A stretch of 64,000 nt of DNA from Cetorhinus maximus (GCF_964194155.1 NC_135884.1:24862001-24926000), one strand, 5' to 3'. Shown: positions 23,101 to 34,591, numbered from the stretch's first letter. Notes: generated from the sequence alone by a model not told the origin. Translations and numbers: made by a program.

Positions 23101-26100
23101 AATTTATCCCCTTCTTTTCTGTCCACAAAAGGATGTAGCTGACCCTTTCCTCTTCACTAGTGTCTTTAGAAAGCTGATGAATGTCAGTCCACACTTTTGT
23201 TTAAACTTTTTAAAATGCCCCTACAACATCATCAGCCTCCCCTTTATCCTGGGCTGGAGCTGTGTGTTTATTGGTATTGGCGTTTGGTTTTTGCATGATT
23301 CAGTTTTTCTCGCTCTCTGGCTAATTCAGGTTGATTCTTAATCTAATTCAACGTTAAATTTGTTTAAAATGTTTGGGTTTTTTTACTCATAAACCCCCCC
23401 CGGACCCCCAACACCCCACTGCTGCCATCATGTTATGTCTTCTGGTTCCCATGAGTTAAAAATAATCACACTTTAGACTTGAAATGTTGGAGCTTCATCA
23501 AGTGTATTTCTTTCAGTTCTCCATGTGGCTGGTGGACTGATAAACAGATATGTCACTTGGCAACTGACTGCAGTGCCACAGTGAATGTGGCACCCTGGGA
23601 TATATATTTACAAAGTTGTGATACATCACTTCAGAAAGTTATCCAAACTGAAAAGAAAAAAGTAACACTGGTGCTTCAGCTATATTTAAAAAGAATATGC
23701 AATTAACGAGGAGGAGGAAAAGCATCCTTCCCTGGTACTAACACTGATTTACTCCAGGCAAAACCCAGCAGTTTGCTAAGTTCAGTGCGTTTTATAGGGA
23801 GGTTCATGTGACACTAGATGAGCCCAATGTACTTTGTCACTTAATATTCAGTATTTCTTTGGCTGATCCAATCCAAAATTAGAACATAGTGCTTTTATGT
23901 ACCAGATTTTAAGTGACACTTAATTTTCCTTTGTATTTCAGTACTGTATCGAAAAGGACCTCCATTTTATCATGCAAGGTATGAACAGTGCAATTGAAAT
24001 AGTAATTGTATTAGCATCTTATTCTACTTTATAATGTTCAAAAGTTCCATTAAATTTTTCTTTCTGCCTACAGTTATTCAGTGGTGATTGAAATGGTTGA
24101 TGACAGTTGTCAGGGTTCACAGCGTAGGCCTTTCACTTGGAGATCACTTGCTGGGTTAAACCGAACCACTTCTAATGTCTCAAAGGTAAAGATTCTCATA
24201 GGGCATACAGCCAGAAATTCAATTTGGGTGACGCTAATACTCATTCCTCCTCCTCCTGTATTCAGCTATTCTGTATTAATATAGAAAATTCCTGATTTCT
24301 TCCCAGGGTTCCTACTGTTACTGTCTGTGTGGATTGTAGATTTTCAGAGTAGGCATTTACTTTGGTTGTTGGCATCTGCACAATAGTAGATGGGATTTGT
24401 AACACCTTCAGCAAAATCATCACAGTATCATAGAAGTTTAGCACAGGAAGAGGTCATTTGACCTATTGTGGATCTTTGCTAGAACAATCCAAAACTAATC
24501 CCTTCTCTCCATGTCCTCGTATGTTTCTTGGCTTTAAATATGTATCTGTTTTTCCACTAAAAGGTGCAGAAGTCTCTTCCTCAATTACTGCTTGTAACAA
24601 AACAGTCTTCCCATGCTCTATCAACAGTGTGTAGAGAAATTCCTCATAGCCTCTCTCTCTCTCTCTCTCCATAACAATTTTAAATTGACACTTCCTGTCC
24701 AAGAAATTGGAATAGGATTTTTCTGTTCACCCATTTCTTGCACTACATAAGTGACTATATTTCAAAAGTACTTCATTAGTTGTCAAATATTTTGAATGCC
24801 CTGAGGTCACGAAGATGCCATATACAGGTCTTGGATTCCATGTCCGGTGTCCCAGAATCCAGAAGGAGCTGGAAACCGGGTCCTGCCCTAGAAACTACAA
24901 TCCCTATCAGGCATTGCTGTTTGTCATATCCAGGTCGTGGTGCGCTGATCCCCTGCTCTTTTGGGTCCGAGACTAATGGCGGAAGCCAGCCTGGTCCGCC
25001 CCTCATCCCTTCCTTTCCCCAGCCATGTTGGGTCCAGCTCAGCAAAGAAATCTCTGTTATCTTATTTTCCCCCACTCCCAGCCCAGGACCCAAAATCTGG
25101 AAAGTGCCTGTACACGTTTCCGGTATACATCCGGTCCCGAAATTCCCAGGTACGGGGTCTGATGCCTATAATTGCAAGTGGAAATAGTCCCAGCATCTCA
25201 AATATTTTCTTCATTATGCCTTATCGCTGTTTTAATCCAGATGTATTTATGCTGTACACTTTGGGTTTAATGCCCTTTCTATAATAATATTCCTGACGTT
25301 CACATGATATTCTATCTATAGCCTAATGATATAACTTGATCATAATCCCTTTGATCTTTTACACTATTCTCTTACTTATTGAACCCAAAATGCTATTTCC
25401 TTTTCTTTAGCTTCATCTGCGCATGTACTTTTAAGGAAAACTGTATTTGTTCCCTGAGATCTTTCCGTCCTTCAGCACCTTTCCATGGAATGTATGCTTC
25501 CCTTTCTTATTATCCCTCCCGAAATGCATCACCTCCAGCTTAACTTGCATCTGATTCCTGTTTTGCCCATTTTGCTGATGTATCTAGAACCTCCGGAAGT
25601 CTTTTCCAGTTATCCCGATTGTTACTCTCCCTCAATTTAATAACTGCTTAAAATTGGTTCCGTTTTGATAATTATCACCGCTAAGATTAAATTTACTTCC
25701 TAAAACTTAGTTGATCATTGGCAACCCATGAAAATATTCTCCAGTTTATGATTTTCTTGTGCTTTTGATTTTGAAAATACTTGGAGAGAAGTGTCTGCTA
25801 CTTAGAGAATTCCAAATAATATTGCTGAGCGACTGGCTATTGTATAGTTCATATTTGCTCTATGAATTTCGAAAAGGTTATACTATAAACCATTTTCATT
25901 AACTGTCCTGCCCTTGCACGTTTATTTGGTTTGACATTATATCTGAGCTAATTGCTGTGAAGCAGGTAATAAAATTCCAGGATATGAAAGACATTCGCTG
26001 GTAATTTCCTTAAGCAGATCAACATAAGCAGCACAAAAGTCTTTTTTTGGTTGGATATTAAAAGAAAAACAATGCTAAAAATCTGAAAGAACAATGAAAA

Positions 26101-28461
26101 TTGCTGTAAATACATGGTGGGTCAGGAAGCATCTGCAGGGGAAAGGTGAGCAAAGTTTTGACTGATAAGACCATAAGACATAGGAGCAGAAGTAGGCCAT
26201 TCGGCCCATCGAGTCTAGTCTGCCATTCAATGAGATCATGGCTGATCTGATGATCCTCAACTCCACTTTCCTGCCTTTTCCCCACTAGCCTTGATTCCCT
26301 TACTGATTAAAAATTGGTCTATCTCAGCCTTGAGTATACTTAACAACCCAGCCTCTACAGCCCTCTGCGGTAAAGAATTCCACAGATTGACTACCCTTTG
26401 AGAGAAGAAATTCCTCCTCATCCCTGTTTTAAATGGGTGCTCCCTTACTCTGAGCTAATGTCCTCTGGTCCTAGACTGTCTCACAAGGGGAAACAACCTC
26501 TTAGCATCTACTCTGTCAAGCCCTCTAAGAATCTTATGTTTCAATAAGGTCGCCTCTCAGTCTTCTAAACTCCAATGAGTACAGGCCCAACCTACTCAAC
26601 TTTTCCTCATAAGAAGACCCCTCCAAACGCAGGACCAACCTCCTGAACCATCTCTGGACTGCCTCCAATGTCAGTATATCTTTCCTTAGATAAGAGGACC
26701 AAAATTGTTCACAGTATTCTAGTTCTGTTGTAACTAGTGCCTTGTATAGTTTTAGCAAGACTTCCCTATTTTTATACTCCATTCCCTTTGAAATAAAGGA
26801 CAACATTCCATTTGCCTTCCCTATTACCTGTTGAACTTGTATGTTAGCTTTTTGGGATTCATGCACAAGGACTCCCAAATCCCTCTGTGCTGCAGCCTTC
26901 TGCAGTCTTTCTCCATTTAAGTAGTATTCAGCTCCTCTATTCTTCCTGCCAAAGTGCATAACCTCACATTTTCCCACATTATGTTCCATCTGCCAATTTT
27001 TTGCCCATTCACTTAACTTGTCTATAACCCTCGTGTCATCCTCACCACTTGCCTTCCCACTTATTTTTGTGTCATCCGCAAACTTGGCGATAATACATTC
27101 ACTTCCCTCATCTGAATTATCAATATATATTGTAAATAATTAAGGCCCCAGCACTGATCCCTGTGGCACTCCACTAGTTACAGGTTTGCCATCCTGAAAA
27201 TGCCCCCCTTATCCCAACTCTTTATCTTCTATTAGTTAGCCAATCCTCTATCCATGCTAATATACTACTCGCAACACCTTGGGCTCTTATCTTATTAAGT
27301 AGCCTTATGTGCGGTACTTTATTGAACGACTTTTGGAAATCCAAATATATTAACTGTTTCCTCTTTATCTATTCTGCTTGTTACCTCCACAAAGAATTCT
27401 AATAAATTTGCTTTGCATGATTTCCCCTTCATGAAGCCATGCTGGCTTTGCTTGATTAGATTATATAATCCTAAATGCTCTGCTATTACATCCTTTATAA
27501 TAGACTCCAACATTTTCCCAATGACAAATGTTAAGCTAACTGGCCTATTAGTTACCTGTTTTTGTCTCCCTCCCTTTTTGAATAAGGGTGTTACATTGGC
27601 CGTTCTCCAATCCTCTGGGACTTTTCCAGAATCTAAAAATTCTTGGAAGATTACTACCAGTGCACCCACAATCTCTGTCTCTGTAGCTACTTCCTTTAAA
27701 ACGCTAGGATGCAACCCATCGGGCCCAGGGGACTTATCAGCCTTTAGCCCCATTAGTTTCCCTAGTACTTTTTCTCTGATGATAGTTATTTCCTCTCCCA
27801 CTTTTGCCCCTTGATTATTTAGTATTTTTGGAATGCTGTTAGTATCTTTTACCATGAAGACTGAAGCAAAGTATTTATTCAACTCCTCTGCCGTTTCCTG
27901 GTTCCCCATTATTATTTCCCCAGCCTAATTCTTTAAGAGGCCTATGTTCACTTTGGCCTCTCTTCTTTTTTATATATTTAAAGAAGCTCTTACTGTCCGT
28001 TTTTATATTACTTGTTAGTTTACCCACAAAGTTTATTATTCATATCTGATTAAAATACTATCTTGATTTGTCAGATGCTGACTGACCTCATATATCTCCA
28101 GTATTTTCTATGTTTAATGTTAGAGTTTTTGCTTGTTTTAATATTGTCACTAACATTTTTGCTTCGTCCTTTTGTTCCAGGAGCTCCTGTTATGCTATTT
28201 AATTAAACCATCAAAGATGACTGATGAGGAAATGACATCACCAGAATGTATGAAGAAAATTAAAGTTCAGGTGCAAATAATTTTGTTTTAGTGAAGTTAC
28301 CAAAGGATAAGAAAACCAAGAGTAGCCATGGTGTTTGCCTTTGTTTAGTTTACAGTGCATCCATTAATTCAGAGCTAATTTTGTTTATTTCTGTGTTGTA
28401 GGAGCTGATTGTAAGCCGTTGGATTTCTTCCCGAGAACGCACTGACCAAGAAGAGTTGTAG
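1971..28461 (+). CDS. TSEN2: tRNA-splicing endonuclease subunit Sen2 (whole spliced CDS, 11 coding exons, 1404 nt, ~467 aa)
   Basis: join(1971-2159,2960-3041,5174-5213,7566-8091,9419-9496,9990-10040,11107-11245,23942-23978,24074-24185,28181-28270,28402-28461). All introns are GT-AG and frame is preserved. Starts [17 protein letters not shown]; contains [53 protein letters not shown] and NVSKELLLCY; ends [15 protein letters not shown]. Confidence 0.96.
2180..2880 (+). mobile_element. Degenerate CR1 LINE (RT C-terminus + 3' tail)
   Basis: aaatttgcagatgat (KFADD), cagtattgtgcccaattcttgg (QYCAQF), then the CR1 tail. Confidence 0.65.
2960..3041 (+). CDS. TSEN2: TSEN2 exon 3
   Basis: tttaaag|GGT TAT TTT GGA AAA GGA: [27 protein letters not shown]; donor G|GTAAAT; 82 nt. 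Confidence 0.95.
3150..3340 (+). mobile_element. Penelope-like terminal fragment with degenerate hammerhead core
   Basis: ctccatggcaatgcc..ttgtcCTGATGAgtgcaagatGAAAaact; same family as 33765-33985 (-). Confidence 0.5.
5174..5213 (+). CDS. TSEN2: TSEN2 exon 4 (40 nt)
   Basis: tttatag|AT GCC..: (D)[12 protein letters not shown](K); donor AA|GTAAGT; phases fit both neighbours. Confidence 0.85.
5790..6600 (+). mobile_element. Highly degenerate L2-type LINE fragment
   Basis: tatgttgacaacacacagctctat (YADDTQLY relic), aacaaagac/ggaaagacaaagac, cacctccaaacttgattt (TSRLDY-like). Followed by a minus-strand CR1 tail at ~6615-6785. Confidence 0.55.
7566..8091 (+). CDS. TSEN2: TSEN2 exon 5 (long variable exon)
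   Basis: tacag|G TTT CAG CAT: [16 protein letters not shown]...HEYVLVVE...LNRK; donor AAA|GTGAGT. Confidence 0.9.
9419..9496 (+). CDS. TSEN2: TSEN2 exon 6
   Basis: ttcttcag|[26 protein letters not shown]|GTATGA; 78 nt. Confidence 0.95.
9990..10040 (+). CDS. TSEN2: TSEN2 exon 7
   Basis: tttcag|[17 protein letters not shown]|GTAAGT; 51 nt. Confidence 0.95.
10085..10250 (+). mobile_element. Old tRNA-derived SINE head fragment
   Basis: cccagattcaatc..ctgtaccgaattagctgatctcagctg..tacaattggtc. Related pieces at ~11380-11440 (+), ~33990-34110 (-) and ~35440-35620 (-). Confidence 0.45.
11107..11245 (+). CDS. TSEN2: TSEN2 exon 8 (catalytic Tyr, KYG)
   Basis: tttcag|[46 protein letters not shown]|GTAAGT; 139 nt. 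Confidence 0.96.
12110..12520 (+). mobile_element. tRNA-derived SINE with Deu-domain-like core (SacSINE1/AmnSINE1-like)
   Basis: B-box-like ttcaagtccca, core ccctggtattctggccaatatttatcc..cagattat, tail ggtgctatataaat. Copies at 38970-39375 (-), 41360-41760 (+) and 55795-56520. Confidence 0.65.
12590..13610 (+). mobile_element. LTR (~1 kb) without internal region
   Basis: Termini TGTTGTGA...TCACAACA (perfect 8-bp inverted), AATAAA at ~13436, and a TGGGGGC PBS-Pro stub at 13614. Confidence 0.7.
14776..15499. mobile_element. PIF/Harbinger-type non-autonomous element (MITE)
   Basis: TIRs GGGCAGGATTTT / AAAATTCAGCCC, flanks CAG/CAT, GC-rich, several internal palindromes. It splits the 5' LTR of the Gmr1-like element. 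Confidence 0.75.
16019..16783 (-). mobile_element. Solo LTR inserted in the 5' LTR of the Gmr1-like element
   Basis: TGTTATGA...TCATGACA termini; TSD ATATG/ATTTG; absent from the 3' LTR at the equivalent site (gacatatg|tatgtactta). Confidence 0.8.
23942..23978 (+). CDS. TSEN2: TSEN2 exon 9 (catalytic His)
   Basis: atttcag|(L)[11 protein letters not shown](S)|GTATGA; 37 nt. Confidence 0.95.
24074..24185 (+). CDS. TSEN2: TSEN2 exon 10 (catalytic Lys)
   Basis: ctacag|[37 protein letters not shown]|GTAAAG; 112 nt. Confidence 0.95.
24825..25168. mobile_element. TA-flanked Tc1/mariner(pogo/Tigger)-type MITE inserted in a SINE tail
   Basis: Ends TA-CAGG...CCTA-TA; interrupts the SINE tail gaagatgccatata|attgcaagt; GC-rich with CCGG motifs. 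Confidence 0.55.
26166..28030 (-). mobile_element. CR1 LINE, 5'-truncated, RT ORF2 relic (relatively young)
   Basis: Minus ORFs [42 protein letters not shown] and [33 protein letters not shown]; CR1 3' tail with (TCTTATG)-type repeats at ~26166-26180. Confidence 0.92.
28181..28270 (+). CDS. TSEN2: TSEN2 exon 11
   Basis: ttccag|[30 protein letters not shown]|GTGCAA; 90 nt. Confidence 0.94.
28402..28461 (+). CDS. TSEN2: TSEN2 last coding exon
   Basis: gttgtag|[19 protein letters not shown]. Confidence 0.94.
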   Translation, partial: ELIVSRWISSRERTDQEEL

Positions 28462-28530
28462 CATATTCCAAAGTATTGATATAATGCAGGGACCAAATAT
28501 ATGTATGTCAACGAGCAAACAGCTGAAATC

Positions 28531-28536
28531 AATAAA
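28531..28536 (+). terminator. Candidate TSEN2 polyadenylation signal AATAAA
   Basis: First AATAAA after the stop codon (70 nt downstream), followed by T-rich sequence. Confidence 0.45.
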
Positions 28537-29708
28537 ATTGAAAAGATGACTTTTTTTACTATGATTTCATTATTGAATATTTGGAGTATTCAGTGACACT
28601 TTAAACACCAGTATACATTTATTTTTTAATTCTCTGAAACAAAAATTACTTCTGTTTTTAACAAAATGCCTGGAAAATATATCTGCCAACAACAGGTCTC
28701 AACATGAAATGTTCACCTATCCTCTGTTTCAAGATGCTAACCAACTCAACTGCATTCTTATTAAGAGTTAAAACGTTAATACGTCATACATGGCAAAGGC
28801 AGTGTATCACATTACAATTACCACTGATAACTTATACTCACAGTTTACAGCATTTATACATCACACATTTATTTTTCATGACTAATCCCTTCGTTCCACA
28901 TTGCCACGTAGTCACAATTACACCAGTGTTTTCTGTTTACAAGACCACTTAATGGAAACTTTTTGAAAACCGATCTGTCCGTATTAAGCTGTGTGAATGG
29001 GTAGCTTTTGTGGCTGATGCAGGTCAAATTCAGATTTTAAGCCTATTAAAAATTTATAGAACCTTTGGAAAATGAGCGTAAATTCTTATTTAAAAGAACT
29101 GTTCCGGCTGGTTTTATTATTTAACCTGTCCAGAAAAAGAATATGTGGATTCAGATAACTTATCAGAACGTTATGAAATTATGCTAGAATTTGGTAGATT
29201 CATCATAAAAATGAAACAATTATATCTTTTTAAATTCACTCGGTCCTCGTGCTACTTGATTTCCTTTGTAATGAGGTTTATAATATGTGGCATTAAAAAT
29301 GTATGTTTTGTTCAAAGCAAATGCTAATAATATGACAGAGCGGATCTATCAGTTAAATTAACAGTAGTGCTTTCTTTGAAGAATTTACTTTAACATTCTT
29401 TACAAATTGTATTATAGTGCTTGACCCCAATAATACTTTAGTTCTGTATCAATAAATATGCTATGCTATGTTCAAGTGCAATCTGCCATCATTTGAAAAA
29501 AATTAATGAAGCCACCAGGAAATATACATTTCAAATAATACTCAACATCTTATGGAAGAGAACTCTTTAGCAGTATGCATATTTATTTACATTTCTAGAA
29601 GACTTCAGTGAAACAACTATGTTCAAAATAAATTGTTTACATTTCATTATAACACAGCCCATGGGAAAGACTGAATTGTTCAAATGCCAGATGGAAACTT
29701 AAAACGAC

Positions 29709-30494
29709 TGTCATGACCCATTTTTGCAATTTGTATGTTTTGATGCAGGCTTTGAATTCCGTAGTAATAAGACAACTAAGTTTCAAGGTTTTTATAAAAC
29801 TAAATTAAACATTTATTAATACAAAGATTGTAAGCACATACATATGTCTACAAAACTACTACTATAATAACTACAAAAATCCCCTAATTACTCTAACTCT
29901 CAGTTAGACCCTCGGTAAGGCAATGGTAAAACCTATAGATTTAAACAGACCCCTGGCAAAGCACGCCCTGGACAGTTGCATTCAAAATGAGTTTCTTTTA
30001 GCTCTGGGTCCTTGCAGACAGACTTGAGGCTTACTGGCTGGAGGCTTTAGATCTTAGAATCCCTCCTCCTTTTACCAACAGCCTTCTCTTCCTTCATACA
30101 TATTTTCCTCTTTGAGTGCAAATTCTCATTGTCACTAGGTTTTTTTAACTTTAAATCTTATAACAATAAAACCCTATCATAATACCCACTTTACTAGTAA
30201 ACTTTTAAAAACATAAGACATGTTGTTTCTGAGCTTCACCTGGTTAGGTCTAATATGTCACCCGCTCTTTTGAATGTCTATTTAAAAATGCAAATTTCCC
30301 CCTTTACACCTCACCTTCTATTTCCCTATGTTTATCCAATTACCATTTCAAATCTACTTCTATACATCAAAGCCTCTAGACCAGCTGGCTTTAATCCATT
30401 TAAGACACACAAAAGTAGACACAGACACCACTAAATTCCAAAACTTCAAAATAATTTCCAATAACATTATAGACATTATTATATCTTCTTGACA
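29709..30494 (-). mobile_element. Solo LTR related to the Gmr1-like LTR
   Basis: TGTCA...TGACA termini. The reverse complement starts TGTCAAGAAGATATAATAATGTCTATAATGTTATTGG, like the LTR at 19191 (TGTCAGGAAGATATAATTTCCATAATGTTATTGG). Confidence 0.7.
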
Positions 30495-31049
30495 ATTTAT
30501 TTTGGTCAAGTGGACTTTTAATTGTTGTTTTAAGCACCTGAAGATAAAAAATTTGCAGGGTTATAGGGTAAGGGTGGGGGAATGGGACTTGCTGAATTGC
30601 TCTTGTAGACAGCTGGCATGGACTCAACAGGCCAAATGGCCACCTCCTGTGCTGTAACCGTTCTATGTTCCTCCTTCACCTCAATTCTCTAAGACTCCCC
30701 TCTCTTGGTTCCACTATTACCTGCCCCTACATAGCAACACATCTGTAACAGTGGCTTCTTCTACCATGCATAGTCACCACAGGAATACCCTGAAATTACA
30801 ACTTTGGCCCTTTGCACTTCTTCATTCATATTACTCTATGGCAACATTATGGGATCAGCTTCCACATGTATGCTGATGACAGTTCTAGTTCTCCTCAAAA
30901 CCCTTGAGACATTGCCTTGTCAGCTTGCTTATTTCATGTAATGCCAATTCTGACTCATTCTCCAAATTGACAGAAACAGATCAAAGCCGTTGTGTTTGGA
31001 TTCCACAAAAGGTTCTGACTCATTGCTGGCAACTTTTTTTTAGTTATTA

Positions 31050-32790
31050 TTCAAAATGTGGGCGTTTTTTGGAAAAGCTGGCATTTAATCCCCAACCCTA
31101 ATTATCCTTTTAAAGCTGTTGGTGGTGGTCGCCTTCTTGAACTGCTGCAGTCCATGTGTTGAAGGTACTCCCATGGTGATGAGAGGTAGAGAGATCCAAG
31201 ATTTTGACTCTACTATGATAAAGGGATGGCAATAAATGTCCAAGTTATTTGAATTGATGATGACTTTCCAATGCCCTGGGTACCTTTGTCCTGTTAGCCT
31301 GTGGAGGTCAGAGGTTTGGAAGCTGCTGTTGAAACAGTGGTGAGGTTATGCAATGCATTCTGTCAAAAGTACATAATGCAGTTACAGTACACGTGATGCG
31401 GGAAGCAGATGGAGAAAACTAGTAAATGGGATGCGGATTAAACAGGCTGCTGTTTGAGAGAGACAATGTCATGAAGAGGTATGTTGAGCTTAATGCTTGG
31501 GACAGCTCAATGAACAGACCCAGCCTCTTAAAATATCCTTTAACCAATTGCTGCGGTGTTTGAATCTTCATCATTGACAGTTTCAAAATAATTGTTGGTC
31601 ATGAATTTAACTGAAAAAAGAGAATCCGAAGTTGTTGTTCTAAGCATATTAACAGTAAAAAGGTTGTCAGAGGAGTGGTAGGCCGATTTGGGACCAAAAT
31701 AGAGAACTTGATGGAGGCAGGAGGCATTACTGAGGTAGTAAATGAGTACTTTTCATTAGTCTTTACCAAAGCTATAATAGGACTGACCACTGCACAGTCC
31801 TTGTGGAGATGAAGTCCCATCTTCACACTGAGGGTACCATCTATCGTGTGTGGCACTACCAACATGCTAAATGGTTCAGTAATTCCAAACACTCGTAGCA
31901 GCTCAAAACAGAGCATCTATTAGGCACTGTGGGCCATCAACAGCAGCAGAACTTTATTCAGCCACAATCTGTATCCTCATGGCTCAGCATACCATCAAGC
32001 CTGGTTTAATGAAGAATGCAGGAGGATATGCCAGGAGCAGCAACAAGCATACCTAAAAATGAGGTGTCTACATGGTGAAGCTACAACACAGGACTACATT
32101 CATGCCAAACAGTGGAAGCAGCATGGAATAGACAGAGCAAAGCAATCCCACAACTAGCGATCAGATCAAAGCTCTGTAGTCCTGCCGCATCCAGTTGTGA
32201 ATGGCTGTGAAATATCCCCATCCTCAGTGATGGGGGAGCCCAGTGCATCAGTGCAAAAGACAAGGTGGAAGCATTTACAACCATCTTCAGCTAGAAGTGC
32301 CAAGTGGATGAACCGTTTTGGCCTCCTCCCAAGGTCCTCAGCATCACAGATGCCAGTCTTCAGCCAATACAATTCACTCCATGTGATATCAAGAAATAGC
32401 TGAAGGCACTGGATACATCAAAGGCTATGGGCCTTAACAACATCCCAGCAACAGCACAGAAGACTTGTGCCCCAGAACTAGCTGTGCCCCAAGACAAACT
32501 GTTCCAGTACAACTAGAACAAGAGCAGCAAGTGCATGGGAACACCACCATCTGCAAATTTCCCTCCAAGCCACACAACATCCTGACTTGGCACAATAATC
32601 GCCATTCCTTCACTGTCGCTGGGTCAAAATCCTGGAACCCCCAACTTTCTAACAGCACTGGGGGTGTACTTACACCAGATGAGCTGCCACAGTTCAGAAG
32701 GTGGTATATCACCATGTTCTCAAGAGCAATTAGGGATGAGCAACAAATACTGGCCTTGCCAGCAACACAATTCCCATAAAATAATTTTTT
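31050..32790. mobile_element. LINE fragments of a second CR1/L2-group family (minus tail ~31050-31400; plus fragment ~31880-32790)
   Basis: Plus piece matches 50550-51800 (..gtgccaagtggatga..cagcatcacagat..gtcaaaatcctggaac..gcaattagggatg..aaatactggcc). Confidence 0.7.
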
Positions 32791-33764
32791 AAAAGACATC
32801 AATTGTAAATCATAAGGTAAACTTTAATGACATTAAAGAATACAGTAATTGTTAAACTATAATTTTCACTTTTATTACATTTTTCATCACTTGGCTGTAT
32901 CCTCCAGATAAATAACAAACTGAATACATTTCCCTCTCTGAAAGCAATTAATATAATCCCAGAGGAGCAGAAAACTATGCTCTCAATAACCTAAGTGGAA
33001 CAGTAAATGATGTAGAAATATGTAAATTTTACATTATTTGCACTTTACATTAACATTAAGCACGATTTTTACATTTCTTGAGGTATTGATTGTTTATTTT
33101 CCAAATATCCATTACAACAGGCTTATGATTCTGAAATACATTTTTGTCACTGTTTAAAGCTTGTCTGTTAATATTATAATTTATTCAAAAGTCTTATTCT
33201 GGAGGGACAATCTCATTTTATTATCATGGTGGTTGCTTTTTGTGGTTAATTGGTTTTACTGCTGATATTATAATAAGGCAATCCAGAACATTCTAAGGCT
33301 GATTCACAAGTAAGGAATGTTTTCATTTCTGGAATCAGGGCTGCAAACTCAGTTGACACTCTTTCTGCTGGATGGGAAGGAACTGATTGAAATGAGCTTG
33401 GGTAGTCCCAGTCTAGTTTTTTGTGAAATCACAGCCATAGCATAAAATTGCATGTAATTTAACATTAAGTTCACTAAAACATGATCACTGTGTGAAATAA
33501 CAGTGTCATGCTGCCATAATAATTGTGACATATAAATATAATCAAGATTGGCTAAGTTTATCTTATGTACAATAAATATAGGAAAAATATTTATTGACCT
33601 AACTGGAAAGAAAACTAGGCGCGGTGTAGATTTTCTATCAGCCTTTTTTGCGCTACTGGCTTTGACTAATTTCAAACCCCCACCCCCCAAAAAAGCTTCT
33701 ATACTCACTATTTTCTGAAATTAAACAATTAGTCATTTGGTAGTACAGAACTTGAGTATTGCTG

Positions 33765-33985
33765 AAAAAAGACTTTTTTGTCGAAGTTTTTCGTCTTGCA
33801 CTCATTAGGCCAATTCACAAGAAAATGCCAATGTCAGGGGAAAAAACAAATGTATACTGTGTGAGAAGAGAGTGCTGATTGGTTGGCAAGTGGACTCTGA
33901 TTGGTAGAGGCATTGCCATGGAGAATGTACCAGTTGATGGTGACTGACAGTTAACTGCCAAGTGTTGTTTGAAACTTAAACATAG
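33765..33985 (-). mobile_element. Penelope-like terminal fragment with hammerhead relic
   Basis: Minus strand: ..ctccatggcaatgcctctaccaatcagagtcc..ttggcCTAATGAgtgcaagacGAAAaactTCgacaa. Confidence 0.6.
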
Positions 33986-34591
33986 CTTGTGAGTGTCAGA
34001 AGGAGATTAAATTGTGGGGATAGCACAACCAACCCCTATCCTGTTTTCACCTCCGCTCCATATTTATTCACTTTCTAGCAAAGGTCACTATATAGTAATC
34101 AGGAGCGGGAGTTCTAACTGGTTTGTTTTGTCCTTATGCAAGCCCAGGGTGAGCACCATAAGGAGGCCAGATAACTCAGAACAGCTGACCATACAATTCT
34201 CCGACTCTCAATCTCTTCGAGGCCAGCTCTCCAGATTAGTGAGTGTACCTTATTTGACCAGTATTTTCAAAGTACAGTAAAGTGAGAACTAGAGGACAAT
34301 AACGCACATGCAGTGAATTTACATGTGATTTTCATTTATTTAAATCACAGTTTAATGTTTAAGACAAGAGACATTAGATTGTTAAGTTAGAATAAAACAG
34401 TCACAGATCACAGTGCTCTTTTACTACCAATGGACAACAGTAGGAGATGTAATGCTGTTAATCTGATGGTAGCTTATTCATCTTTTCCACATAAAAGTTT
34501 ATTCTGTGGTTCAATAGTAATGTTTATTTCTTAAGTTATAGAAACGTAGGTGATAACTGTTTAACACTAATATAATTAAATCTATGTTTTT

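Larger units (their letters stand above)
14299..23620 (-). mobile_element. Degenerate Ty3/Gypsy LTR retrotransposon (Mag/K02A2.6-like, gag-PR-RT-RH-INT), interrupted by nested insertions
   Basis: Direct ~190-bp LTRs at 14299-14488 and 23431-~23620; PBS TGATGGCAGCAGTGGGGT (tRNA-Leu-like) at 23430-23413. Minus-strand relics: gag [24 protein letters not shown] and [20 protein letters not shown], RNase [20 protein letters not shown], integrase [16 protein letters not shown]. Confidence 0.85.
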
